Shown: positions 11,727 through 22,515, counted from the first letter of the stretch. The stretch: 32,000 nt of DNA from Raphidiopsis brookii D9 (GCA_000175855.1 ACYB01000036.1:30001-62000); one strand, 5' to 3'. Notes: a model not told the origin generated them from the sequence alone. Made by a program: numbers and translations.

Positions 11727-13013
11727 CTAGCTGAATTGCTCCTCCGTATCCAAATTGAATAACATTTGTAAAGTTCGCATACAGTTACGTCTGGTTTCTA
11801 TGTCCTGTTGTGATCGCAATTGTACCATAGGATCATGTAATATTTTATTAACTATTCCTCTAGTCAGAGCTTCAATTACTTCCTGATGTTTTTCGCCAAA
11901 TTCCGAACCCAATCGGGAAAGAGCCTTTTGTAATTCTTGTTCACGGATGTGTTCGATTTTATTTCTCAAAGAACTAATAGTAGAGACGGTTTCCAAACTG
12001 CGCCACCAGATATCAAAAGACTCCACCTCTTCGTCCAGGATTTTTTCAGCTTCCTGGGCCATTTTGCGACGACTTTCGTAGTTTTGAGCTACGACTGCTT
12101 TTAAGTCATCCACATTAAAAACCTGGACATTATTTAAATGACTTACATCCGAGTCCACATTGCGAGGCACAGAGATATCAAACAACATGAGAGAATGGTT
12201 AGGGTCTAAAGCCATTTCTAATTTAGAGCGGTTGATAATTGGTTCTGTGGAGGAAGTACTAGTAAAGACTAAATCACTATGAGAAATAACAGACATCATT
12301 TCCGGGAGGAGATGAATGTGAATAGTCACCTCTGGGAACTGTTTAGCCAGTTCTGCTGCTCGCTCCCGGGAGCGATTAACAATACTAATATGGGATGCGC
12401 CCTTAGAAATCAAATGTTGTACCAGTAGACGAGACATTTTTCCCGCACCCACAATTAGTACCCGGTATAGTTCTAAATTTTCTACCTTAATTTGTGCCAA
12501 CTCTACAGCTGCTGAACTAATAGATACCGCTCCAGTGCCAATACTCGTTTCAGAACGAACTCTTTTACCAGCAGTTAAAGCTTGTTTAAATAAACGATTT
12601 AAAATTGTTTTTACACCATTGTATTGCTGTCCCAGTTTGTGAGTATTTTTCACCTGAGCCAGAATTTGTCCTTCTCCAAGAACTAGACTATCCAAACCAG
12701 CAGCAACTCGCAAGATGTGAGTCACAGCATCAGTATGGATGAGAGTAAACAGATGTTGACGTAAAGAACCTACTGGTAGTTTGCTATGCTCAGCCAGAAA
12801 CTGGGTCACTTCCCGAATTCCCTGGGGGATATCGCTGCTGACAACATAAATTTCTAACCGGTTACAGGTACTGAGGATAGCCACCTCATCAATGTGAGGA
12901 TAGTTGAGCAAGTGAGCGATCGCACTTTCGGTTTGGGGTTCAGGAATACTTAGTTTTTCTCTTACTTCAACTGGGGCTGTTTTGTGACTTAACCCCACTA
13001 CTGCAATATTCAT
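11727..13013 (-). CDS. hemA: Glutamyl-tRNA reductase
   Basis: [56 protein letters not shown]. Confidence 0.97.
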   Translation of the reverse strand: MNIAVVGLSHKTAPVEVREKLSIPEPQTESAIAHLLNYPHIDEVAILSTCNRLEIYVVSSDIPQGIREVTQFLAEHSKLPVGSLRQHLFTLIHTDAVTHILRVAAGLDSLVLGEGQILAQVKNTHKLGQQYNGVKTILNRLFKQALTAGKRVRSETSIGTGAVSISSAAVELAQIKVENLELYRVLIVGAGKMSRLLVQHLISKGASHISIVNRSRERAAELAKQFPEVTIHIHLLPEMMSVISHSDLVFTSTSSTEPIINRSKLEMALDPNHSLMLFDISVPRNVDSDVSHLNNVQVFNVDDLKAVVAQNYESRRKMAQEAEKILDEEVESFDIWWRSLETVSTISSLRNKIEHIREQELQKALSRLGSEFGEKHQEVIEALTRGIVNKILHDPMVQLRSQQDIETRRNCMRTLQMLFNLDTEEQFS

Positions 13014-13131
13014 CTTTAATTTCTTATGACTGGAATAACGCTCTTGCTGTTTTTCGTAGTTGTCATGGCAAAGGGTAACAAGTAATGGTATACCAGTTAC
13101 CAATTACCCTTTACCAGCTAGTTAACAAAAA

Positions 13132-14169
13132 TTAGTGGAGTTGTACAACTTTAGGTTGTTCAAACATGTGAATAGTATCTACAAAGCGAGCAGTCTTAGA
13201 CTGAGTAGAAATGACCAAACTTTGAGTTCTTGCACCACCGTGGAAGAACCGCACACCTTGCATCAAATTACCACTAGTAATACCACAAGCTGCAAACAAC
13301 ACAGTTTGACCAGATGCCAATTCATGAGCATCATAAACTTTATCTGGTTCATTAATACCCATAGAAGAAAGTCGTTCTAAATTAGACTCCTTGCTTTCGC
13401 CAATCAAACCAGTTTTAACCACTGCGGGATCGTAAATTAACTGACCTTGGAAGTGACCACCCAGGGCCCGCATAGCAGCAGCAGAAATTACACCTTCAGG
13501 AGCTGCACCAATACCCATGAGAGCGTGGATATTAGTACCAGCAAAACCGCAAGACAAAGCTGCACCGACATCACCATCAGAGATCAATTGAACTCTTGCA
13601 CCAGCTTCGCGGATCTCCTTAATTAAATCATTGTGGCGTTCGCGCTTCATAACAACGACCACCAGTTCTTCGATAGATCGGCCTAAGCATTCAGACAGAA
13701 TCTTGAGGTTTTCAGTAGCTGACTTGTTGATATCAACCTTACCCTTAGCTGCTGGGGGTGCGGCCAACTTCTTCATATAGAAGTCAGGAGCAGCAAACAG
13801 ACCTCCTCGTTCAGAAATTGCTAAAACTGCCATGGAACCGGGTTGTCCATAAGCTACCAGATTAGTACCTTCACAAGGGTCAACAGCAATATCAATTTCC
13901 ATTAATTCATCAGGGCTACAGGAAATAGCATTGTCTGGACTAGCACAAACTCCCACTTCCTCACCAATGTAAAGCATGGGCGCGTCATCACGTTCTCCCT
14001 CACCAATTACAATGCGACCGCGCATATAGATTTTATTCATCCGTTCACGCATAGCTTCCACTGCTACCTGGTCAGCAGTGTTCTTTTCACCCTTACCCAT
14101 CCACTTTGCAGAGGCGATCGCAGCTTGTTCGACAACCTCAATAATTTCTAAACCAATTGTATTTTCCAC
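13132..14169 (-). CDS. glpX: Class II fructose-1,6-bisphosphatase / sedoheptulose-1,7-bisphosphatase
   Basis: [64 protein letters not shown]. Confidence 0.95.
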   Translation of the reverse strand: MENTIGLEIIEVVEQAAIASAKWMGKGEKNTADQVAVEAMRERMNKIYMRGRIVIGEGERDDAPMLYIGEEVGVCASPDNAISCSPDELMEIDIAVDPCEGTNLVAYGQPGSMAVLAISERGGLFAAPDFYMKKLAAPPAAKGKVDINKSATENLKILSECLGRSIEELVVVVMKRERHNDLIKEIREAGARVQLISDGDVGAALSCGFAGTNIHALMGIGAAPEGVISAAAMRALGGHFQGQLIYDPAVVKTGLIGESKESNLERLSSMGINEPDKVYDAHELASGQTVLFAACGITSGNLMQGVRFFHGGARTQSLVISTQSKTARFVDTIHMFEQPKVVQLH

Positions 14170-14365
14170 AGGTCTACCCTCTTAATTGCTGATCTTTAGC
14201 GACTTTTGCTATGGCTATTTCAGTCTATAAGTCTACCAAAGTCCGGTACTTCAATGAGAAATACTTTGGATAATCAGTTTGTTAAGTTTTACAACCAGGA
14301 GAAGACACCGGTCTATTTTCCGATGCACAAGGATAAAATTTTGTCAAGTAAACAAGGATTAAGAA

Positions 14366-14923
14366 GTGGAAGGCAAAAATATCGAATCCGACTACCTATC
14401 ACTGATTAAATATCATCAGGGATGGATGAGTGAAGCTCTTAAACTAGCACAGATTGCGGGTGATGCAGGGGAAGTACCCGTGGGATGTATAATTGTTAAT
14501 TCCCAGGGTGATTTAATTGGTCAGGGGGAAAATCGCAAACAACGGGATCAAGATCCTACCGCTCATGCAGAAATTGTTGCCATTCGTTCAGCAGCAAGAA
14601 CCTTACAAAATTGGCATCTAGATCAATGTACACTTTATGTCACACTGGAGCCATGTCCTATGTGCGCTGGTGCTATCATTCACGCAAGGTTACAGACTTT
14701 AGTCTACGCGGTAGACGATCCTAAAACTGGTGCCATTCGTACTGTTATTAACATACCTAGTAGTCCTGCATCCAATCACCGGTTACGAATTATTGGAGGT
14801 ATTCTGGAATCTGCTTCCCGTCAACAATTACAGTCTTGGTTTGTATATCAAAGATCCCAAAAAACTCAAAAATCTGGTTACGGATCAAATGGTAATGAGT
14901 TATCGACAGAGGAAATTAGGTAA
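14366..14923 (+). CDS. tadA: tRNA-specific adenosine deaminase
   Basis: HAEIVAIRSAA and TLEPCPMCAGAIIHAR zinc/catalytic motifs. Confidence 0.93.
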   Translation: MEGKNIESDYLSLIKYHQGWMSEALKLAQIAGDAGEVPVGCIIVNSQGDLIGQGENRKQRDQDPTAHAEIVAIRSAARTLQNWHLDQCTLYVTLEPCPMCAGAIIHARLQTLVYAVDDPKTGAIRTVINIPSSPASNHRLRIIGGILESASRQQLQSWFVYQRSQKTQKSGYGSNGNELSTEEIR

Positions 14924-14970
14924 ATTAGAAATAATCCAATTTGCGTCACATCCCCTAACTAGTAACCATC

Positions 14971-15711
14971 ATGAAGGAACCTCACTCCGCTTCGACCAGT
15001 TTTGCGGATCAGTCTCCAAATATTTGCTTAGATCCTCCCTTTTCCCACACTAGGTCCTGGATTTCTCCCTGGTTAACACCCTTGGCCTATTGGTTAGGAT
15101 ATCATCTAGTTATACCCTTGTTTTTTGGTTCTATTCATGTTGAGGGTCAAGAACATATTCCCATTAGAGGTCCAGTAATTCTAGCACCCACACACCGTTC
15201 TCGTTGGGATCCCCTGCTTTTAGCTTATGCTGCGGGGCGTTATATCACCGGAAGGGATCTGAGATTTATGGTGATGAGTAGTGAATGTCGAGGAATACAA
15301 GGTTGGTTTATTCTCAGTATGGGTGGTTTTGCTGTCAATCTTCAACGTCCGGGGATCAAATCTCTACGTCATGTTATAGATTTAATGTTGGGGGGAGAAA
15401 TGTTAGTTATTTATCCGGAAGGTGGAATTTTTCGAGATGGTAAGATTCATCCCTTAAAATCCGGTATAGCTCGTTTGTCTATAAATGCCCAATCTCTAGA
15501 CCCTAATTTAGACATCAAGATTATACCTGTTTCCATTAATTACGATCGACCCTATCCTAATTGGGGAACAAAAGTCAAAATTTGTATTGGTGAACCAGTT
15601 AAAGTTGCTGACTATATGCATGGTTGTTTAAAACAGAATTCTCAATATTTAACTAGGGATTTAAGAAGTAAATTACAAGAAGTTGCTGATTCCCAACCAG
15701 TTTCTCTTTAG
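14971..15711 (+). CDS. 1-acyl-sn-glycerol-3-phosphate acyltransferase (PlsC-like)
   Basis: HRSRWDPLLLAYA (HX4D-like) and VIYPEGGIFRDG motifs. Confidence 0.9.
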   Translation: MKEPHSASTSFADQSPNICLDPPFSHTRSWISPWLTPLAYWLGYHLVIPLFFGSIHVEGQEHIPIRGPVILAPTHRSRWDPLLLAYAAGRYITGRDLRFMVMSSECRGIQGWFILSMGGFAVNLQRPGIKSLRHVIDLMLGGEMLVIYPEGGIFRDGKIHPLKSGIARLSINAQSLDPNLDIKIIPVSINYDRPYPNWGTKVKICIGEPVKVADYMHGCLKQNSQYLTRDLRSKLQEVADSQPVSL

Positions 15712-15733
15712 GAGCTAATTGCTTCCCCCACTC

Positions 15734-17805
15734 CTAATCCCGATAACCAATCAGTAATTCCCAACCATTGAGTTTACCTATATCCTGGGGAGAACAGTCA
15801 ACAACATGTAACTGCCAATTTCCCTTGGCTGATGAATTTAGTAGCTGTTTGAGAACTGGTTGGGAACTGACTGTATAGGTTTTTTCTAAACGGGTTTGTC
15901 TTCCCAAAGTACGACTTTGCAATAACAAAGACTGACTGTTAGGGGGGATCAAATAAACTTCTAGATCTCCCAAAAAATCATGGCTAATATTCACGCCAAT
16001 TCTAATATCATTAATAATAATATTTTGAGGAACCACAATTGTAGTTCTCACTCCTTGTTTTTCCCCATCGGGAATAGTAACTTGATTTTTATTTTCGCCC
16101 CTGATTAATTTATTGGCATTGTTGGCAACCAATCCATTACCTCGTAATTTTTGAGCTGCTCTGACTGCTTTAGCTGCATTCACCTTACCATAACCAAACC
16201 ACAAACAATGACCATTACTATTATAAGTACCTCCCTGCAAACCCAATTGAGGATCTGGTTGTGGATCAACAATTTTATCAGTGGTTTCTTGTAAAATACG
16301 GTTGACCTGTTGAGCAGTTAAATCCGGATTGGCTGATAACATTAATGCTGCTACTCCAGCAACCACAGGGGTAGCACTGGAAGTTCCACCAAAATTATTA
16401 GTGAAATTTCCAGGATTATAACCCGCTTTCCCTATTTGATCTGTTGTCAACATTCCCAGTCCATCTATAGTTGTTGAAATAGTTGGTTGGGTGTACACAA
16501 AACCACTTTCTTGAACCACATTCCCGGAGGAGCATTATTACTAGGAGCGCAAACAGAAATATTCTCTCCCCAATTGCTATAGGCCGCTTTTTTATTTAAA
16601 CTTGTAGATGCAGAAACGGCAATTACATCGGGATGAATAGCAAACCCACTTAACCACTTGGTTTTGCCTTTTAACAGATCCTTAGGCCAATTTTGCTCGT
16701 CTATAGTACCACTAATGGGACGGTTAGCATTACCTGCTGCAAAAAGAATTACACATCCTTTTCCATTACGTCCCTTGGTTGCAGCACGGGTAATTGCTGC
16801 TTTTTGGCGTAAAGATAAGGGAAAATAAACCGCAGATGCTCCCCAGCTACAGGAGATAACACTGGCATTGTATTTTAATGCCCAGTTGAATATGTCCTCA
16901 ATTGATTCATCATCCAAATATCCAGTTGTACGAATTGGCATGAGGGCACAACCAGGGGCCACACCAACAATACCCTGTCCATTTTCTTCAGCAACTGCTA
17001 GTCCAGCACAAGCAGTACCATGACTAGTTTCTTGCTCTCCTGGTAGGGGTAAAAAGTCTTTTTCTTTTAAATCCCTGGGAGCAACAATTTTACCCACTCC
17101 TTGTAAATCTGGGTGGTTCAAATCAAAGGAGTCATCCACAACTGCGACTACCACTGAACGTACCCCACGAGTTATATCCCAAGCTTGCTCTACAGAAATA
17201 TGCGAAGCGATCGCCAGTTGATTTCCACCACTGTGATTGAGATACCACTGTTGAGGATAGAGGGAATCGCTGGGTCTGTAATGGGTTTCTTGTTGAATAA
17301 AAACATTTGGTTCCGCTGCTAAGACTTCTGGTAGGGTTTGTAGTTGGTTGGCAATTTTGAGAGGATTATGTGGGGACTGTTTGCTGACTAAAAATGTAAA
17401 GGTATTGGGTAAATCAGCTATAGGTTGGTTTTCAGTGAGATTAAGTGAAGAGGTTATAATACCAATTTTATCATTATCTACCCCAGCTGCAAATTGAACT
17501 GTTATCTGATCACTCAAATAGACATAGCTGCTAGGGTTATCCTGTAATTGATAAACATGACTGGCAAAAGCTACTTTTTGATCAGATCTAGCTTGTGACA
17601 TAGCCGCTTCTATCTGATCTGGTGTAACAGTGAATAATTCCAACTTAGCTCTGGGAATAGTACGCTGCCATTTTCCCCAGGAGATCCTGGATAATTCCTC
17701 CCTGTTTAGGTCAGCATACAAACGAAGAGTAAAACGTTCCGTGGATTTTATGAGAATCAACTCCTCTCCACCACGTTGCAAAACTACTGGTTGGTCATTG
17801 ATCAT
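15734..17805 (-). pseudogene. prcA: Secreted S8 subtilisin/furin-like protease with C-terminal P (Homo B) domain, similar to cyanobacterial calcium-dependent protease; 1-nt frameshift at about 16523-16525
   Basis: VAVVDDSFDLNHPDL (Asp), SHGTACAGLAV (His), NNFGGTSSATPVVAGVAALM (Ser); P-domain IRIGVNISHDFLGDLEVYLIPP..GNWQLHVVD. One added G gives CAPSNNAPPGNVVQESGFVYTQPTIS, joining the two ORFs. Confidence 0.8.
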
Positions 17806-17939
17806 ATTCTTGATGATTAAATATTTTTGATAAACATACTGGAAACTATGCTTAACTTAGTATGGTGGTCACTATATTGTATATCAAGTTGGAGGGATTT
17901 TCCCGTCAACCGCTTTAAGTCCCCAAACCATTTGACTTT

Positions 17940-18509
17940 ATGAACCTCAAAACTATTTACTTATTGCCCATAATATTTTGTGGTCTGTCCTTACCCGTCC
18001 AATCTCAGGTAGTCCAGTCACCAAATAAACCAGTACAGACTAAACCTAATGATAACCAACCTAGTCCGACCCCAAGGAAGAGTGAAAATACCAGTGTATT
18101 AAGTATTACAGGAGGCGATCGCCTGATGAAGGAGGGACAGGAAGCGGTGTCTGGCAAAAACTATACTCTAGCGGTCAAAAAACTCCAGGAAGCGCGTCAA
18201 ATATATAATCAGCTATCTACCTTTTACCAAGAATTAAATGCCAGTTTTTCCGGGATTGATTTTAGCGTCTCTGATTCCCACCGCAAAAAGGCCCTAGAAA
18301 CAGCCCAAAAACGAGACGAAGCGACTTATCAATTAGCATTGGTACATCGCTCATTAAACCAACCTGATTTGGCCATACCTCTTTTAATTCAAGTCATTAA
18401 AAGTCAAAACCCTACCTGGGAACTAGGCAAAAAGGCCTATCAACAGCTGTGGGAACTAGGTTTTGCGGACATAGCTTATCCTGGAAAGACGGAAAATCCA
18501 GGAAAGTAG
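17940..18509 (+). CDS. Exported tetratricopeptide-like protein
   Basis: Signal-like N-terminus and a TPR-like helical pattern (AVSGKNYTLAVKKLQEARQIYNQ..). Confidence 0.5.
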   Translation: MNLKTIYLLPIIFCGLSLPVQSQVVQSPNKPVQTKPNDNQPSPTPRKSENTSVLSITGGDRLMKEGQEAVSGKNYTLAVKKLQEARQIYNQLSTFYQELNASFSGIDFSVSDSHRKKALETAQKRDEATYQLALVHRSLNQPDLAIPLLIQVIKSQNPTWELGKKAYQQLWELGFADIAYPGKTENPGK

Positions 18510-18564
18510 CAGATTTTGGATTAACTGATAATAATTAGAGAAGGATGTTTTTCTAGGAATAACA

Positions 18565-18795
18565 ATGATAACTCCCCAACAGGTTGAACAAATGATTAAA
18601 GGAGAACTACCAGATGCACAAGTACAAGTGCAAGACCTAACTGGTGGTGGAGACCACTATCAAGTAACAGTGGTTTCATCGCAATTTGCGGGTAAAGGAC
18701 TTGTACAACAACATCGGATAGTTTATGATGCTTTAAAACAAGCTATGTCAACCGAGGCTATTCACGCTTTGGCTTTGAAAACATGTGCTCCCTAG
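18565..18795 (+). CDS. BolA family protein
   Basis: [34 protein letters not shown] is a BolA signature. Confidence 0.9.
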   Translation: MITPQQVEQMIKGELPDAQVQVQDLTGGGDHYQVTVVSSQFAGKGLVQQHRIVYDALKQAMSTEAIHALALKTCAP

Positions 18796-18831
18796 ATTAT
18801 GGACAATTAACACAACAAGGAATTAAAAACC

Positions 18832-19167
18832 ATGACAGTAGAAAACCCAACAGAAATTAAAGCAACAATTGATAAATTAGTCAAAGAAAACAAAATAATG
18901 GTTTTCATGAAAGGAAATAAATTAATGCCTCAATGTGGTTTCTCTAATAATGTTGTACAAATTCTCAACACTTTAGGAGTCCCCTTTGAGACCTTTGATG
19001 TTCTTTCTGACTATAACGTTCGTCAAGGTATTAAGGAGTATTCCAACTGGCCCACAATTCCCCAGGTTTACATTAATGGAGAATTTATTGGCGGGTCTGA
19101 TATTTTGATTGAACTATATCAAAAAGGTCAATTACAGCAAATAGTTGAAGTAGCATTAGCTTCTTAG
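18832..19167 (+). CDS. grxD: Monothiol glutaredoxin, Grx4 family
   Basis: [28 protein letters not shown] (CGFS) and [21 protein letters not shown]. Confidence 0.95.
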   Translation: MTVENPTEIKATIDKLVKENKIMVFMKGNKLMPQCGFSNNVVQILNTLGVPFETFDVLSDYNVRQGIKEYSNWPTIPQVYINGEFIGGSDILIELYQKGQLQQIVEVALAS

Positions 19168-19427
19168 ATATCCTCTTTAGTCCTCCTATTCAAGCAGGGC
19201 GTTTTCAAAGTCCGTGGTAAATTGCAAAATGACTTTTTAAAAACCCTTTTCCACACAGCGATCGCAGCTTTTTTTCTTAATTTTCGATTAATTAAATTTT
19301 AAAAAAAGCCCAAACATTGACGGTAAAAATGTTCTGGCGATCGCAATTTTGGAGAATGAAAACGCCCTGCTTAGAGAAGCTATCCATTAGTGAGATATTT
19401 TTTAACAAAAAGCGGATTTGGGAAAAT

Positions 19428-19661
19428 ATGAAGGTCTCATTCGAAAAAAACTATCCAAATATTACCCGATGGATTGATGAGCATGAAGGCTTGATTGAAA
19501 TTGGCTACGATGACGATGATCCCTTAAATTCTTTTATCCGTGCTGTAGATTCTGGTGGAACACTATGGGAAGGAAAAGAAAGTTATGAAAGTATCGATGC
19601 AGCACTGCAAGATTTAAATGCGGGGCTGGCATCTGTATTGGAAGAGATTTATGGAGAATAG
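19428..19661 (+). CDS. Small acidic protein of unknown function (about 77 aa); the listed ORF starts upstream at 19317
   Basis: MKVSFEKNYPNITRWIDEHEGLIEIGYDDDDPLNSFIRAVDSGGTLWEGKESYESIDAALQDLNAGLASVLEEIYGE; internal ATG at 19428. Confidence 0.5.
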   Translation: MKVSFEKNYPNITRWIDEHEGLIEIGYDDDDPLNSFIRAVDSGGTLWEGKESYESIDAALQDLNAGLASVLEEIYGE

Positions 19662-19671
19662 ATTGCACTAA

Positions 19672-20778
19672 TCAGTGTAAACCACTATCAAGTTTATCTA
19701 AAACAAAGTGATTCCCACTCTCAAAATGTCCAAAAATTCTTTTAGCATCCCGGTCTGACCAAGCATCTATCTCATGGGTAGACGGAGGACGGGGATTTCC
19801 TTTGAGTGCTTTTAAGTCAAGAGATGATACATTACATTTACCTCCTGATTCTAAATTCCTTGCTAACTGGTCTATTCTCTCGTTAATTAATACTAATCTA
19901 TCCCCTGATATTCCCTTCAAACTACCCTCAAACCTAGATCCATAACTTAACATTTCACTGGGTGAAGGATGCAACCTCTCCCCATAAATCTCTTTATTTG
20001 TTCTTTTCCACACCAACTCTCCCCAAGGAGATAAAGAGACTTCACCTCCTACCGTCATTAATAGGGTTTCTGGTACACCACTAACGTCAGCAGTTTTCAT
20101 TTTATTTGCCAGTCTACGAAAAACTTGAAGATGGTCACGTACGCTGTCTTCTACTACCATTTTCACGGGCAATTTTGGTATGCGCAACAGGTCTTTGGCT
20201 GTTTCAAAAATGTAAATTGTCTCGTCTGCATAAAATGTGGCTAGGGTTTGTAAAAATCCCTGCACACTCTTGAATCCCCCAGTTAAGTTAAATATAATCT
20301 TATATTGGGAATTTCTATACTCAGGTATGGTATCTTCAAACCACTCCACCATATCTGATAAAGCAATTTGAAAGGACTCAATATCTTTTGTTTGCAGATC
20401 GGTCCTTCGGATTGTCTCAACTATAAAACCCCTTTTTCTTAACCAGAATTTTACCAAAGTAGCTGTCTGTTCCCCTAACCAGGTGTCAGTACAAAGCAAA
20501 AAGTGAGTGTCTGCTTTCTTCTCTAACTTACCATTATAAAGTTTAATAATGCCATTTAGCTCCGCTGACATCTTACTTGCTAACTCAAGATCAGCAGATG
20601 CTAGTTTTTCTTCTACTCTCTTAGCAAGCGATCGCAGTGTTAGGCTATCTTCTGGCGGTATATCTTGAATGTATTTTGCATTAGCATATTTACTGACCAA
20701 ACCTCTTTCCTCTTGAGCTGCTTGATTGGTCAACAAACTTGTGCCACAGGGTGAGAAAACAAATAAACGATTTTCCAT
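19672..20778 (-). CDS. CARF-domain CRISPR ancillary protein, APE2256/TIGR02619-type CARF with a C-terminal RelE-like domain (Cami1-like)
   Basis: FSPCGTSLLTNQ and IIFNLTGGFKSVQGFLQTLA are CARF/APE2256 motifs. The C-terminal FEGSLKGISGDRLVLINERIDQLARNLE..LDLKALKG..STHEIDAWSDRDAKRIFGHFESGNHFVLDKL has RelE-fold layout (helix hairpin, then basic beta strands). Confidence 0.7.
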   Translation of the reverse strand: MENRLFVFSPCGTSLLTNQAAQEERGLVSKYANAKYIQDIPPEDSLTLRSLAKRVEEKLASADLELASKMSAELNGIIKLYNGKLEKKADTHFLLCTDTWLGEQTATLVKFWLRKRGFIVETIRRTDLQTKDIESFQIALSDMVEWFEDTIPEYRNSQYKIIFNLTGGFKSVQGFLQTLATFYADETIYIFETAKDLLRIPKLPVKMVVEDSVRDHLQVFRRLANKMKTADVSGVPETLLMTVGGEVSLSPWGELVWKRTNKEIYGERLHPSPSEMLSYGSRFEGSLKGISGDRLVLINERIDQLARNLESGGKCNVSSLDLKALKGNPRPPSTHEIDAWSDRDAKRIFGHFESGNHFVLDKLDSGLH

Positions 20779-20842
20779 GATCAAGGTTTCTGGTTACAAG
20801 GGGTAATTTTATACTTTGGGACAGAGGTTCCAAACAAGTTTG

Positions 20843-22111
20843 TTAAGAAAGGGTGTTAGCAATGGTCTTTAACTCGAGTATAATCTGACCTGCTCTTGTT
20901 TCTAAACTTTCTGCTTTTTGAGGACTCTTGTTCATACCCACATGGGCAATATCATTGCGAATTTCGATTAACTTACCCCATTGTAGGGAAAACAAATTAA
21001 AATCAGGTAGTTTTTCAAATTCATCATCCCAAGGGGAAACAGATGTTATTTCTTTGCCACGAAGTTTAATTTGTCCATTATTGAGCGCATTCCCCACCTG
21101 TTCTCGCTGGTCTTTACTTAGTAGATCTTGTTCACCCAATCGATATGCTAAAACGGAAACTAGCCATTCTCTTGCTAAAGTCATAGCTTGCACAACTTGA
21201 TGTCTTTGTATATACCAATCTATTAGTTGAAATTGTAATCTCAGCCCTTGAGCTAAATTTTCGCTATTAGTGGGATTTTCTAGGGCAAATTGTCCATATT
21301 CCTGGGTTAATTTTTGAGAAATCAGTCCAAAAGGTTTAGCTCTTTTATCAAAACTACGCTCTGCTTTTTTGATAATTTTCTCTAATTTTGTAGTTTCTTT
21401 TAAAATTTCTACAGGACGGACAAGACCTATAGCCAGAGAAATTTGATTAATAATGTCAGCAGTATCTTTAAATTCTCTAGCTAGAGGTCGTATAGTCGGA
21501 TCATCTCTTTTTTCATCATTAGAAATTGCATTTTTTAACAGCTCTGCTAAGGGAGAACCATCACCTACTTTGACAAATCTATCTGCGGCCGCAAGCCAGT
21601 CTAATAAGCTGAGCATGGGCAATAAATCATAGGTGGGGGTATCTGCACCTTGGGCATTAGGGTCAAAAGCTCCATATAACACACCTTCAATTTGTACCTG
21701 TTTTACCGTACGTAGGTAGCTAATAGCTAACAAGGCAATAACTGGAATGGAACGGAAACTATGGGTCAGGTCAAAAATAACCCTATCGCCCTCGTTTAAA
21801 CAACTAGTAATTTTATCAAAAATTAACCAACTGTCATCCAAAGAATTACTCTCGGGAATATCAAAAACAGGCTCTAATTTAACAGATTTATTAGCTAGTT
21901 GTTCTTGTAATCCTTGCCAATTAGATACAGTTCCATTTCTGGGAATTTTAGTAGCTACCGTGGGTGTTAATAATACATATAATGTATCAGGTTGATAAAA
22001 TTCAACCAGGGCTTCCTGAAAAAATTTAGTCCTTACTGCTTGACTAGTTGTGGGATGGATATAATTGGTCTCGGTGTAATTATTAAAACCAAGAAAGGAA
22101 ATAATTTTCAT
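20843..22111 (-). CDS. Csx1-like CARF-HEPN protein (Cas_DxTHG / TM1812 family)
   Basis: N-terminal MKIISFLGFNNYTETNY; VIFDLTHSFRSIPVIALLAISYL (DxTHG motif variant); C-terminal HEPN motif EIRNDIAHVG (Rx4H), codons at 20957-20959 and 20942-20944. Confidence 0.82.
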   Translation of the reverse strand: MKIISFLGFNNYTETNYIHPTTSQAVRTKFFQEALVEFYQPDTLYVLLTPTVATKIPRNGTVSNWQGLQEQLANKSVKLEPVFDIPESNSLDDSWLIFDKITSCLNEGDRVIFDLTHSFRSIPVIALLAISYLRTVKQVQIEGVLYGAFDPNAQGADTPTYDLLPMLSLLDWLAAADRFVKVGDGSPLAELLKNAISNDEKRDDPTIRPLAREFKDTADIINQISLAIGLVRPVEILKETTKLEKIIKKAERSFDKRAKPFGLISQKLTQEYGQFALENPTNSENLAQGLRLQFQLIDWYIQRHQVVQAMTLAREWLVSVLAYRLGEQDLLSKDQREQVGNALNNGQIKLRGKEITSVSPWDDEFEKLPDFNLFSLQWGKLIEIRNDIAHVGMNKSPQKAESLETRAGQIILELKTIANTLS

Positions 22112-22218
22112 CTGTTTACAAGGTTACTTACTGGTATTATGAAATGTTCTTTTATTTACATGTTTTAATTATACTAACCCGCGAATAAAAATTGTGTCAT
22201 CTACCTGGCGGAATAGAA

Positions 22219-22240
22219 ATATCTATCTTTAGATAGATAT
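22219..22240. repeat. Perfect inverted repeat, 10-bp arms with 2-nt spacer
   Basis: ATATCTATCT-TT-AGATAGATAT. Confidence 0.75.
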
Positions 22241-22245
22241 CTAAT

Positions 22246-22515
22246 CTAAACTATAAGGGAATCACCTACGGACATTTTTTGCTGTTGGCGCAAAGCAACC
22301 GCAATTTCAAGCGTAACTTTATTGATCATCAAAACATCCAAGTTATCTAAAATCGCCATGATGGCCTGTTTTTCAGCATCACCTAAACGATGGTAGCCCA
22401 ATGTTTCCAAACGACTAATCGCAGAATAATGCGTGGCATAATTCACCAACCAGCTACGCAACTGCGTATATGGCGGCTGAGTGGCGTAAATAATCAAATT
22501 ACTATCAATCAGCAT
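22246..22515 (-). pseudogene. PIN-domain (VapC-like) toxin, C-terminally truncated
   Basis: MLIDSNLIIYATQ.., SRLETLGY, INKVTLEIAVALRQQQKMSVGDSLIV then stop. The last PIN strand/helix and final acidic position are missing. Confidence 0.7.

Noticed and set aside
14206-14409. 67-aa ORF before tadA as a separate gene or frameshifted tadA N-terminus
   Set aside because: No recognisable motif; TadA homologues normally begin near the YLSLIKYHQGWM region, so tadA appears complete without it.
22246-22515. Explaining the PIN toxin truncation by the same 1-nt homopolymer slip as the other genes
   Set aside because: Neither alternative frame after SLI restores a PIN C-terminus; the downstream sequence is the palindrome region instead.
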